From Fidelibacterota bacterium (GTDB lineage: Bacteria; Fidelibacterota; Marinisomatia; SCGC-AAA003-L08; JACNLC01), in assembly GCA_014381725.1 (NCBI GenBank), contig JACNLC010000085.1:12569-76568 (forward strand): a DNA stretch of 64,000 nt, read 5' to 3'. The translations under genes and the position numbers were made by a program. The notes under the pieces are model-generated. The model was not told the DNA's origin. It saw nothing but the letters and a program-made list of their open reading frames with translations, and made no database searches. Shown here piece after piece: positions 10,192 through 18,759 of the stretch. The stretch's first letter is position 1; every line of letters begins with the position of its first letter.

Positions 10192-10883
10192 CTTTTTAAC
10201 CAATAAAATTTACCTCTAGAAATTACTAACATAAGCAGTCCACCTGCAACAAATCCTCCAATATGTGAAAACCACGCAACTCCGCCATCGCCGGTGCTAT
10301 ATAAATCTCCAATGCCATTTATTATCTGAGTGGCAAACCAAAATCCTACGACAACTACCGCCGGTAAAATTACCGGAAAAATAAATATTAATGTGTGAAC
10401 TTTCGCAGACGGATATTTTAACATATATCCTGCCATTATCCCAGATATTGCACCAGATGCCCCTACAATTGGAACAACAGAATCTCCCGAAATCCAAACT
10501 TGTGTTAATGTGGCGATTACACCACAAAGTAAATAGTATAAGATGAATTTTTTATGTCCAAGGATACTTTCAACATTATCGGCAAAAATATATAAAAATA
10601 CCATATTCCCCAGTAAATGCATAAAACTACCGTGTAAAAATAGTGAAGATACAGTTGTAATGTATGGATGAACCCAAGTTGAGTATCCCCAATTTTTAAG
10701 AGCCAAACTACCATCGCCTACTATATTATTTGGAATTGCAGAATAGTTTATCAAAAATGTAAAATAGGATTCTTGTGTTAACAGAATTTGATACAAGAAT
10801 ACTAAAATATTGATTCCTAAAATTGTCCAAGTTACATAAGGAACTAAAATTCGAGGATTGTCATCTTTATATGGAATAAACAT
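10188..10883 (-). CDS. Rhomboid family intramembrane serine protease
   Basis: HGSFMHLLGNM, GASGAISG, HIGGF. Confidence 0.93.
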   Translation of the reverse strand: MFIPYKDDNPRILVPYVTWTILGINILVFLYQILLTQESYFTFLINYSAIPNNIVGDGSLALKNWGYSTWVHPYITTVSSLFLHGSFMHLLGNMVFLYIFADNVESILGHKKFILYYLLCGVIATLTQVWISGDSVVPIVGASGAISGIMAGYMLKYPSAKVHTLIFIFPVILPAVVVVGFWFATQIINGIGDLYSTGDGGVAWFSHIGGFVAGGLLMLVISRGKFYWLKR

Positions 10884-11107
10884 AGATTTCTTTCTTTGTT
10901 ATAACCACGAATATGCTAAAATTTCTTCGTGAAATTAACTGTTTATTTTACAAAATATGTACTTGATATCTGGTTTACATTCCCAACATTATCGCGAGCT
11001 TCAATTGTTAATAAATGAGTTCCAATTGGAAGGTTGTCATCAAATTCATAACTAACCAAATTTCGGTATGAAACATATTCGTGTATAATCGTTTGACCAT
11101 CAACTGT
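10876..11107. repeat. Direct repeat copy 1 (~232 bp): 3' end of the M23 gene, spacer and rhomboid start
   Basis: Aligns to 11507-11738 with about 8 substitutions (counted by eye). Confidence 0.95.
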
Positions 11108-11230
11108 CCTGGCAACATCACTATAATAATTATTTCGAGCAGAATTTTGCTCAAACCCGCAATTGACGCAATATTTAGCGTCAATATTAAATTCAATTCC
11201 GCAGTGTTTAATACAGAGGGTTTCTTTGAA
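10943..11230 (-). pseudogene. Start-less open frame: zinc-ribbon remnant fused to the duplicated M23 C-terminus
   Basis: FKETLCIKHCGIEFNIDAKYCVNCGFEQ...RTVDGQTIIHEYVSYRNLVSYEF...SSTYFVK*. 96 codons, no ATG at the 5' end. Confidence 0.65.
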
Positions 11231-11237
11231 TTAATTT

Positions 11238-11417
11238 CTATTTACTAAGCACAGATCCTAAATAATACGGCCATAGAATAAGTGAAAATAATAATTTCCA
11301 ACCAGTTATCTTAGCAAATCCTATGGTAAAGAGCCAACCAATAGCCCACAGACTCCCAGTACATTCAATATTTTTTGTTTTACAACATTTATTTTCATCA
11401 CGCTTATCATCACACAT
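11238..11417 (-). CDS. Small membrane protein
   Basis: AAGGAG RBS before the ATG. GSLWAIGWLFTIGFAK...LILWPYYLG hydrophobic hairpin. Confidence 0.75.
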   Translation of the reverse strand: MCDDKRDENKCCKTKNIECTGSLWAIGWLFTIGFAKITGWKLLFSLILWPYYLGSVLSK

Positions 11418-11506
11418 AATCAACTCCTTTTATAATCTAAACAACAAGTAATTTTAGTCACAGTCTATTATACAAATCAAGTAAGAACATTGAATATAAT
11501 GACACT

Positions 11507-11738
11507 ATAAACATAGATTTCTTTCTTTGTTATGACCACGAATATGCTAAAATTGCTTCGTGAAATTAACTGTTTATTTTACAAAAAATGTACTTGATAT
11601 TTGGTTGACATTCCCAACATTATCGCGAGCTTCAATTGTTAATAAATGAGTTCCAATTGGAAGGTTGTCATCAAATTCATAACTAACCAAATTTCTGTAT
11701 GAAACATATTCGTGTATAATCTTTTGACCATCAACCGT
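11507..11738. repeat. Direct repeat copy 2 (~232 bp)
   Basis: See copy 1; offset 631 bp. Confidence 0.95.
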
Positions 11739-14336
11739 TATAGTAACATTATTTTCACCATCAATTCCAGAAAATGAATCTTTTACAAAAAATGACAGCG
11801 AAGATAAATTATTATAGGTCCCGCCAATGTCTGGAATTAAATCAATAAGTTCAGGTTTAGTATCTTCAGAAATTACGGCAAATATTTCACCTGATAATGC
11901 GGTTGTTGAGTAGAAATTATCAAGTTTTTCAGTTTCCATATAATACCATTTCTCTTTTTTTGTATCGTAGTAAAATATTCCAGCATTTTGGGATTCACTT
12001 ACCAATCCTTGGACATTAAATGTAATTTTAATTTTATCAGAATAAGGTATCAAATCCGGACCAATAAAGTATGGACCTAACACCATTTTCCCTTCTGGCA
12101 ATGTTGGTGATGATACTTTGTTTATCCAAACCAAAGTTGTATCAGAAAATGTATCTCCATCGCCTGAAACTGTTATTTTATCATCATCAAACGATAATTC
12201 AAACGAACGATTTGGAATGGTTAATTGACTATATAGGTTTGATTTGTAAACAAGGTCTGGTTCACCTAGATATCTTATAGAATATTCTGTAAACTCGGAT
12301 AATTCAGCAGGAGAAAATACTTGCGATGACAATACATTTTTACTACTTCTCTCTAATGGGAATTTTCGTAAAGTGTCAAAATTATCCAATAATAAATCAG
12401 CATTTCTACCACTAAATTCATGCTCGTGAAATTCCAAAATAATTCCGTGTTGATAGTGCATAATTTTTGGAGTCGTCTTCGGATTCAAAACTTGATTAGA
12501 GGAAATAGAAAAATACTGAGATTTACTTTGTAAACCGGAAGAAGCGTTTCCTATAACCTCAACAACTTTATATAAATGATTTGAGTTTTCAAAAGTTAAA
12601 ATACCATTTTCTATTGTAGTGATTATTGGATTCAATGTGTGATTATCATCGTATGGAGTAAGAAGAGTGATATTTGTATGTATTGGCTCTTCCGAATAAG
12701 TAGTTACATTAATTTGTTTTCCGCTGGGAGTTAGAGCGAAAGAAACATCCGGAACAGATGACAATGAAATCACTCCTGAAATCGAAACCAAGTTTTGTGA
12801 AAAGTCCCACGCTTCAATAAGAAAACGATGATATCCACTTTCTAAATTAGGTATTTGTCGAGATGCTTCATCAATAAATGACATTTGACTTGGATTCTCT
12901 GAAAACAGACGATAGAATTTCCCTTTGTTTTCTCTACGAAGCATATAATCACGATGATCATAAAACGAACTATTTTCTTCAAAATCAAAAATATTGAACT
13001 GAGTATTATAAATCAATTCATCATCAACAAACAAGTTCATTCCATACAAACCAAAATCAAAAGATTGCTTATCAATTTTATCTTTAATTTGGATTGCTAA
13101 TCCAAAATCACCTTGTACAGAAATTGTATCAGAAATGTGATAATTACTGTCGTTATTTTTTAGAATCTCTACTATTTTCGTTTGCGGAAACCCATCAATC
13201 AAAGTTTGTTTTTCTATTGGAATTATTGCTAAAGATTGTGGAATTGGTAATTTAGTATCAATAATATTTAAATTCGTCAGGAATGGATTTAGTGGATGGT
13301 TACTCTCATCTCGGATTTCAAAATGTAGGTGTGGACCGGAGATTCCACCTGTATCGCCTGTATATCCAATAATTTCTCCTTTCTTAACCGGATATTCATA
13401 TGGCTCAAAGTAGTGGTCAATTGTATAACTATTTTCTTTATTTTGAATAAATTTAGCAATTTGATTAAAAGTCGGTTTAAATGAATCCAAATGTACATAT
13501 ACTGCGATATTCCCATCTTCTAAACGAATGTAAAGAGCTTTCCCGTATCCCTTTGAACTTGTTCGAATTCGTTCTAAATAACCATTTTCAATTGCATAAA
13601 CTTCAAAACCGATTTTACCAAAAGTACGAATGTCTAGTCCAGCGTGAAACCACCTTTCTCGGAATTCGCCAAAAACACCCGTAATATATTCCCCCGAATT
13701 GCATGGCCAAATATATTTATTGAAAAACTGAGGGAGTTCTCTAACGGAATTGTCAATTGTACTTTCTTGTGTTTGAGTAATCTGCTCTGAATTTTCAGCT
13801 AATTTCAATATTTGTTTATCTAATTCTTGGATTCGCTTTTTATAGTTACTTTCAATTGCTCTATACAGTTTGTATCCCTTTATAAACTGATTCTTCATAA
13901 CTTTTACTTGTTTGTAATGAAACTGTTTTTTTAAAGTTTCTTTGGATAGCTCAACCATTTTATATTCATAATTAATCTGAAAATCATCAGACACTTCTAG
14001 CTCAATATTCTCCAAATTATTTACTTTACAAAATTCTTCAATCTGAATTTCATAATTACGGAATTTTTGAGCGTAAACAGTTTTTAACTTCTTAGTTTTA
14101 GACATTATCTCTTCGGCAACTACATTGTAAAATTCAGCTTTCTCAGCTTCATCTTCAATTGTTACAGCTATATCTTCATAGTTTAGAAGTTTTTTCACAG
14201 AACTTTTCATTTCTTGAGTTAAATATGGACTAGAATATAAAATTTGTGCAAAAATAATACACAATAATAACATAATCCACTTCAATAAATTAAGTTTTGT
14301 TGCAGGTGTATTTTTAAATTTTGGTGTATTTAACAT
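11574..14336 (-). CDS. M23 family metallopeptidase with N-terminal helical extension and C-terminal Ig-like domain
   Basis: FHAGLD (HxxxD), GYTGDTGGISGPHLHFEIR. Start uncertain (TTG 14348 or ATG 14336). Confidence 0.85.
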   Translation of the reverse strand: MLNTPKFKNTPATKLNLLKWIMLLLCIIFAQILYSSPYLTQEMKSSVKKLLNYEDIAVTIEDEAEKAEFYNVVAEEIMSKTKKLKTVYAQKFRNYEIQIEEFCKVNNLENIELEVSDDFQINYEYKMVELSKETLKKQFHYKQVKVMKNQFIKGYKLYRAIESNYKKRIQELDKQILKLAENSEQITQTQESTIDNSVRELPQFFNKYIWPCNSGEYITGVFGEFRERWFHAGLDIRTFGKIGFEVYAIENGYLERIRTSSKGYGKALYIRLEDGNIAVYVHLDSFKPTFNQIAKFIQNKENSYTIDHYFEPYEYPVKKGEIIGYTGDTGGISGPHLHFEIRDESNHPLNPFLTNLNIIDTKLPIPQSLAIIPIEKQTLIDGFPQTKIVEILKNNDSNYHISDTISVQGDFGLAIQIKDKIDKQSFDFGLYGMNLFVDDELIYNTQFNIFDFEENSSFYDHRDYMLRRENKGKFYRLFSENPSQMSFIDEASRQIPNLESGYHRFLIEAWDFSQNLVSISGVISLSSVPDVSFALTPSGKQINVTTYSEEPIHTNITLLTPYDDNHTLNPIITTIENGILTFENSNHLYKVVEVIGNASSGLQSKSQYFSISSNQVLNPKTTPKIMHYQHGIILEFHEHEFSGRNADLLLDNFDTLRKFPLERSSKNVLSSQVFSPAELSEFTEYSIRYLGEPDLVYKSNLYSQLTIPNRSFELSFDDDKITVSGDGDTFSDTTLVWINKVSSPTLPEGKMVLGPYFIGPDLIPYSDKIKITFNVQGLVSESQNAGIFYYDTKKEKWYYMETEKLDNFYSTTALSGEIFAVISEDTKPELIDLIPDIGGTYNNLSSLSFFVKDSFSGIDGENNVTITVDGQKIIHEYVSYRNLVSYEFDDNLPIGTHLLTIEARDNVGNVNQISSTFFVK

Positions 14337-14405
14337 AATATTTTTCAATTTATTTAGATATTTAATATCAAATGTATAATCCTCATTCGTAAATTATCCA
14401 TATTT

Positions 14406-14951
14406 ATGGAATTTAATCTACTCAAATTACGGGCAAAAATACGGTATTTAACCTTAAGAGGCAAAATCGGAAAATTATCTTCTAGAATTGAGCTACCACA
14501 TTTTAATTTTCAGATGAAATCCATTTTGGTTTGCTTCCCCGTAGATGAAGCGTCATTTAGAGTTGCCTCTTATAGTTTAAGAAAATTCAACGAAACATCA
14601 TTATCCCATATCAACTTTATTTTTCTAGTTAAAGAAGAATTCAAAAATCTAATTCATTTCCCTCGAGGGCATGTAATATATTTCAGAATTGAAGACGGAA
14701 ATTTAGATGAACAAATTAGTTCTAAAATAAAATTAATCCAACAAAACAATCATTTTGATCTTGTTATTGATTTAAATCCAAATTTTCAGTTGGAAATTTC
14801 AAAATTAATCAGCAATATTTCATCACAGTATAAGATTGGATTTCGATCTAAACTATCTGACAAGTTTTATAATATACAATTAGATATCTCAAAAACAGGT
14901 TTTCTAGAGAGAGGATATCAGCAAATAAATTTAATGTTGGCAGAATTATGA
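14406..14951 (+). CDS. Hypothetical protein (resembles a GT9-like N-terminal lobe)
   Basis: FDLVIDL...KIGF motif. ATGA overlap with the next gene. Confidence 0.55.
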   Translation: MEFNLLKLRAKIRYLTLRGKIGKLSSRIELPHFNFQMKSILVCFPVDEASFRVASYSLRKFNETSLSHINFIFLVKEEFKNLIHFPRGHVIYFRIEDGNLDEQISSKIKLIQQNNHFDLVIDLNPNFQLEISKLISNISSQYKIGFRSKLSDKFYNIQLDISKTGFLERGYQQINLMLAEL

Positions 14952-16129
14952 ATATAATAGTTTTTGAAGATGATTTTTATCATCACCTTTATCCGTTTAC
15001 TTTAACACATGCTACTTTTGAAATTAGATGTGGGATATTTACGCACTTAGAACGGCTCCAAACATTGCTATCTGAAAATGATACTCTAACTCTTGTTGTT
15101 CGTCCTGAATTGAAGAATATTACAAAAGAAAGATTTCCTAAATACTTAGTAAATCCAGACATTGTAGAATCAGGATTTTGGCTAAATGGTGCTGTTTTGT
15201 GGACAAAAGAAATGCTAGCAAATGTAATGGAAAAAAGAAGTTTTAGTAATAACAATCGATTGGTTGCCTTTCATTCTGAAAATGATATTCCTTTTAATGA
15301 TGTTACTATTACAAAAGAAAAATCGAAATTAGTAACAAGTCAAATTAATGTAATTCTATTCGAATATCTTTGGGATGCAATTTTTCAAACTGGATCTCAA
15401 ATTATTGAAGATGTTAATAACTCATATTTTGGCAAGCAAGGTATTCCACATCCATCAGTAATTTTGGTTAATGAAGAAGAAATTTATCTAGCGGAAGGTT
15501 GCGGAATTGCTGCAGGGGTCGTTTTAGATGCAACTGAAGGACCAATCATAATTGACGAAAATGCATTTATTGATATTGGAGCATTGATAAAAGGACCAGT
15601 TTATATTGGTAAAAACTCGATTGTGAATCCTGGATGCAAACTAAGACGAAATATCACAATTGGCCCATATTGTAAAATTGGTGGAGAAATTGAAGATACA
15701 ATTTTCCAAGGGTATAGCAACAAACAACACGACGGATTTCTTGGACACAGTTATATCGGAGAATGGGTAAACCTCGGTGCCAATACGAATAATAGTGACC
15801 TGAAAAATAATTACAGTAATATCCGTTTTGAGTTGAATAGAGAAATTATTGAAACAGATCATCAATTTTTAGGTGTTATGATAGGTGATTACACTAAAAC
15901 TGGAATTTCGACCTCGTTCAACACTGGAACTTATTGTGGAGTTGGCGCAAATATTTTTGGATCTGGATTCCAAAACAAAACAATTCCATCATTTTCTTGG
16001 GGGAGTGATGGTCAAAAGATGGATTTAGAGAAATTTCTGGATACTTGTAAAATAGTGAAATCACGAAGGGATTGTCAGTTTTCTGCAGAAGAAAAAGACT
16101 TTTTTATAAAAATATATCATAAATCCTGA
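14948..16129 (+). CDS. GlmU-related putative sugar nucleotidyltransferase/acetyltransferase (hexapeptide repeats)
   Basis: LYPFTLT..EIRCGI, GPIII, NKQHDGFLGHSYIGEWVNLGA. Confidence 0.85.
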   Translation: MNIIVFEDDFYHHLYPFTLTHATFEIRCGIFTHLERLQTLLSENDTLTLVVRPELKNITKERFPKYLVNPDIVESGFWLNGAVLWTKEMLANVMEKRSFSNNNRLVAFHSENDIPFNDVTITKEKSKLVTSQINVILFEYLWDAIFQTGSQIIEDVNNSYFGKQGIPHPSVILVNEEEIYLAEGCGIAAGVVLDATEGPIIIDENAFIDIGALIKGPVYIGKNSIVNPGCKLRRNITIGPYCKIGGEIEDTIFQGYSNKQHDGFLGHSYIGEWVNLGANTNNSDLKNNYSNIRFELNREIIETDHQFLGVMIGDYTKTGISTSFNTGTYCGVGANIFGSGFQNKTIPSFSWGSDGQKMDLEKFLDTCKIVKSRRDCQFSAEEKDFFIKIYHKS

Positions 16130-16202
16130 AGTTTTTTCTAAAAATACTTGCCCATATTTTGCCACTCAAGTATATTTCCTGCCCAATATTTCGGAGAAAA
16201 AT

Positions 16203-16604
16203 ATGAAATTTGAAGGTTTAATTTGCCCAATTTGCTCTAACCCTCTTGATGAGGAAAAATTATCAGAGAAATTGGAATGCCCAAAATGTGGTAAAAATCT
16301 AAAACAGAAAAAGTATTTAGCATTTCTTGAATTCTTAATGATGCATGGAATTGTAACAAATATAGATTTTTTCGATCCAAAACTGTACGGTGATGAAATC
16401 AAAAAAGGTCAGCAAGAAAAAGAACTTAAAGATGAAACTGATCCTGATGAATTTGAAGATAAAGCCGAAAAAATTGAACGATACGATGAAAATGTGGACC
16501 TCCAAGAAAAAACTACTGATGAAGAAGAGTTTAGAGACTGGGACGGAGTAGAAGAGGATTGGATAGAATTTAATAAAAAAAATGATGAAAAAAATAAAAA
16601 ATGA
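16203..16604 (+). CDS. Hypothetical zinc-ribbon protein with acidic tail
   Basis: CPIC...CPKC followed by a D/E-rich C-terminus. GGAG RBS. Confidence 0.7.
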   Translation: MKFEGLICPICSNPLDEEKLSEKLECPKCGKNLKQKKYLAFLEFLMMHGIVTNIDFFDPKLYGDEIKKGQQEKELKDETDPDEFEDKAEKIERYDENVDLQEKTTDEEEFRDWDGVEEDWIEFNKKNDEKNKK

Positions 16605-16621
16605 TGATTGGAGAATGAAAC

Positions 16622-16942
16622 ATGGATAAAGAAAATAAAAAACCAAATCAACTTCAAATTGAACTGGACAAGGAAACTGCTCAAGGAGAATATTCTAATT
16701 TAGCAATTATTACACACTCTCCTGCAGAATTTATACTAGATTTTGCTCAAGTTTTACCAGGATTACCAAAAGCCAATGTGAAAGCTAGGATTATTATGAC
16801 TCCTTCACACGCGAAAACATTATTAATGATTTTGCAAGATAATGTTAGAAAATTTGAAGAAAAATACGGCGAAATAAAAATGGTAAAGCCAGGCGGACAA
16901 GGTTTTGAAGTTAAAGTACCTAAAGATACTTTACCTAATTAA
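16622..16942 (+). CDS. DUF3467 family protein
   Basis: GEYSNLAIITHSPAEFILDF...ARIIMTPSHAK. Confidence 0.85.
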   Translation: MDKENKKPNQLQIELDKETAQGEYSNLAIITHSPAEFILDFAQVLPGLPKANVKARIIMTPSHAKTLLMILQDNVRKFEEKYGEIKMVKPGGQGFEVKVPKDTLPN

Positions 16943-16947
16943 GCATT

Positions 16948-16985
16948 AAAATTGAACAGAGGGGCAAGCTCCATTGTTCAATTTT
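16948..16985. terminator. Probable bidirectional hairpin between convergent genes
   Basis: aaaattgaaca...tgttcaatttt inverted repeat. Confidence 0.55.
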
Positions 16986-17544
16986 TGCGTCGAGTTTCAA
17001 TCCACATCGTCCAAATAGTAGTTAGTCCAAAACCAAAAATGCATCCTAAAATTATTCCGGTTAAAACATCTGCTGGATAATGCACTCCAATATAAACCCT
17101 CGAAAATGATATAACTCCTGCAAAACTCCAAAAAATCAATTTATATTTCCGATAGATGTAAGAAAACACTATCGCAATTCCAGTGATATTTGCTGCATGA
17201 TTAGACGGAAATGAATAATGCTTTCCTCCTTTACCGCCTAAATGATTTACAACTTCAGTTCCCAGTGCAAACCAAGGTCTGTCTCGTAATTCAAATGATT
17301 TGATAAATCCCCCGGTTTGATCACATAGCAATATAATTAGAGGAATTAAAATAGCCAACTTCCAACGATTTGATTTATCTTTCACCATCAACACAATCCA
17401 CACAATTAGTAGTGGAATAATCCAATTTCTGGCATTGTCAAATATTGGCATTAACCAATCAAACACAGGATTGGACAACGATTGATTGATGAAATGAAAA
17501 AGGTTGAGATCGGCTGATTGTATGAAATTTATGAGAAATTGCAT
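16978..17544 (-). CDS. PAP2 family phosphatase
   Basis: K..RDRP, SFPSNHA, SRVYIGVHYPADV. The TTG start in the ORF track lies inside a terminator, so ATG 17544 is preferred. Confidence 0.9.
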   Translation of the reverse strand: MQFLINFIQSADLNLFHFINQSLSNPVFDWLMPIFDNARNWIIPLLIVWIVLMVKDKSNRWKLAILIPLIILLCDQTGGFIKSFELRDRPWFALGTEVVNHLGGKGGKHYSFPSNHAANITGIAIVFSYIYRKYKLIFWSFAGVISFSRVYIGVHYPADVLTGIILGCIFGFGLTTIWTMWIETRRKN

Positions 17545-17550
17545 AATAAG

Positions 17551-17576
17551 AAAAAGGGCAGTCAAAGACTGCCCTT
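17551..17576 (-). terminator. Rho-independent terminator of the porin gene
   Basis: Minus strand AAGGGCAGTC-TTT-GACTGCCCTT followed by a T run. Confidence 0.85.
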
Positions 17577-17596
17577 AAATCAATTAATGTACTAAA

Positions 17597-18493
17597 TTAA
17601 AAATGATAGGAAATACCAAACATCAGTTTTGAACCAGCTGTCTTCAATGGAAACATAACTTTAGTTTTAGAACCATCACCATATTCCGAATATACAAATT
17701 GACTCGAAAGCTCTTCAAAACCTTCTGCAAGTTGATAGTCAGTTGTTGTAGTTACGGGCGTAACACCATCTCCACCAATTACATCTGTGTCAAATTCACA
17801 TTCTCCATATTCTACGCCACCACCAGAACTATAGTTGAAGTTAAAACTAAGATTGTCATTAATTTTGCTTTCGAAACCTAAAATATACTCAACACCAGTG
17901 CCTGTTGTGCTGAATTCTAAAACACCCTGCCTGTCAAATGTAGCACCATAGTATGTGTCAAATAAGTCTGAATTATAATCAATGTATGAACCACTAAGAT
18001 CTAGCGTTAGTTTAGCATCAGCCACATAGTAACCGTAACCAAGTCCAGCATACACTTTACCTTTTTCAGTAACTGGTATATTAACACCCAAGTAGATTGG
18101 CATAGATGTAATAGAACCTTCTGTAGTTTGTTCTTTAATTAGCTCAAGACCCCCATAATCAAGTCCAGTATTTGTAACAGTATTTTCACCACCAGAAATG
18201 AGTGTTTCTGTACGATAATCAGCTCTCACAAAAAACCATCCAAAGTCATAGGTTGCATTTAATGAAAAATCAAATCCTAGAGTTGCTGAATTTGGACTAA
18301 AAACAGTAGTTGCCATACTGTCACTTGCTATTTCATCAGTCAAGTATCCTTTATTTTGGTCATAAAAATCACTTGATAAACCAAACATATCTGCTGTAAA
18401 ACCAGTGTTTACACCTATAGATAGTTTTGATAAATCAAATGATTGGCCAAAACCAAAAGACATTATTATTAAAACTACTAACATTTTCTTCAT
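17597..18493 (-). CDS. Outer-membrane beta-barrel, OmpL1-like porin
   Basis: Signal peptide, amphipathic strands, terminal YHF, AAGGAG RBS. Motifs recall Leptospira OmpL1. Confidence 0.7.
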   Translation of the reverse strand: MKKMLVVLIIMSFGFGQSFDLSKLSIGVNTGFTADMFGLSSDFYDQNKGYLTDEIASDSMATTVFSPNSATLGFDFSLNATYDFGWFFVRADYRTETLISGGENTVTNTGLDYGGLELIKEQTTEGSITSMPIYLGVNIPVTEKGKVYAGLGYGYYVADAKLTLDLSGSYIDYNSDLFDTYYGATFDRQGVLEFSTTGTGVEYILGFESKINDNLSFNFNYSSGGGVEYGECEFDTDVIGGDGVTPVTTTTDYQLAEGFEELSSQFVYSEYGDGSKTKVMFPLKTAGSKLMFGISYHF

Positions 18494-18648
18494 TTATTTT
18501 CTCCTTATTGTTATTAAATGAACCAATAAAGCTACGAGGAATAGCAAGTTTCAAACAAGTGAAATAATTAGTGTTTATGCTGTAAAGATGGGGTGATGGA
18601 AAGTGAAAGATATGGCAGTAAGCTGTAGGCAGGCTCAATCATAATTCA

Positions 18649-18759
18649 TCAATGTCTCCGAATCAGCCATCTACGGAGGGTAAGAACAAGTACCACAACT
18701 CCAATTACGGTAATCAAAACTCCCAAAAGACGAGGAGAAATTAGCTCGAGGAATTCCAT
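18649..18759 (-). CDS. 36-aa single-pass membrane peptide translationally coupled to fadF
   Basis: TAATG overlap with the fadF stop. MEFLELISPRLLGVLITVIGVVVLVLTLRRWLIRRH*. Confidence 0.6.
   Translation of the reverse strand: MEFLELISPRLLGVLITVIGVVVLVLTLRRWLIRRH

Noticed and set aside
10876..11738. Duplicated gene 3' end as a DGR template/variable repeat pair
   Set aside because: Mismatches are not confined to adenines of one copy, the repeat extends through intergenic DNA into the next gene, and no reverse transcriptase is present.
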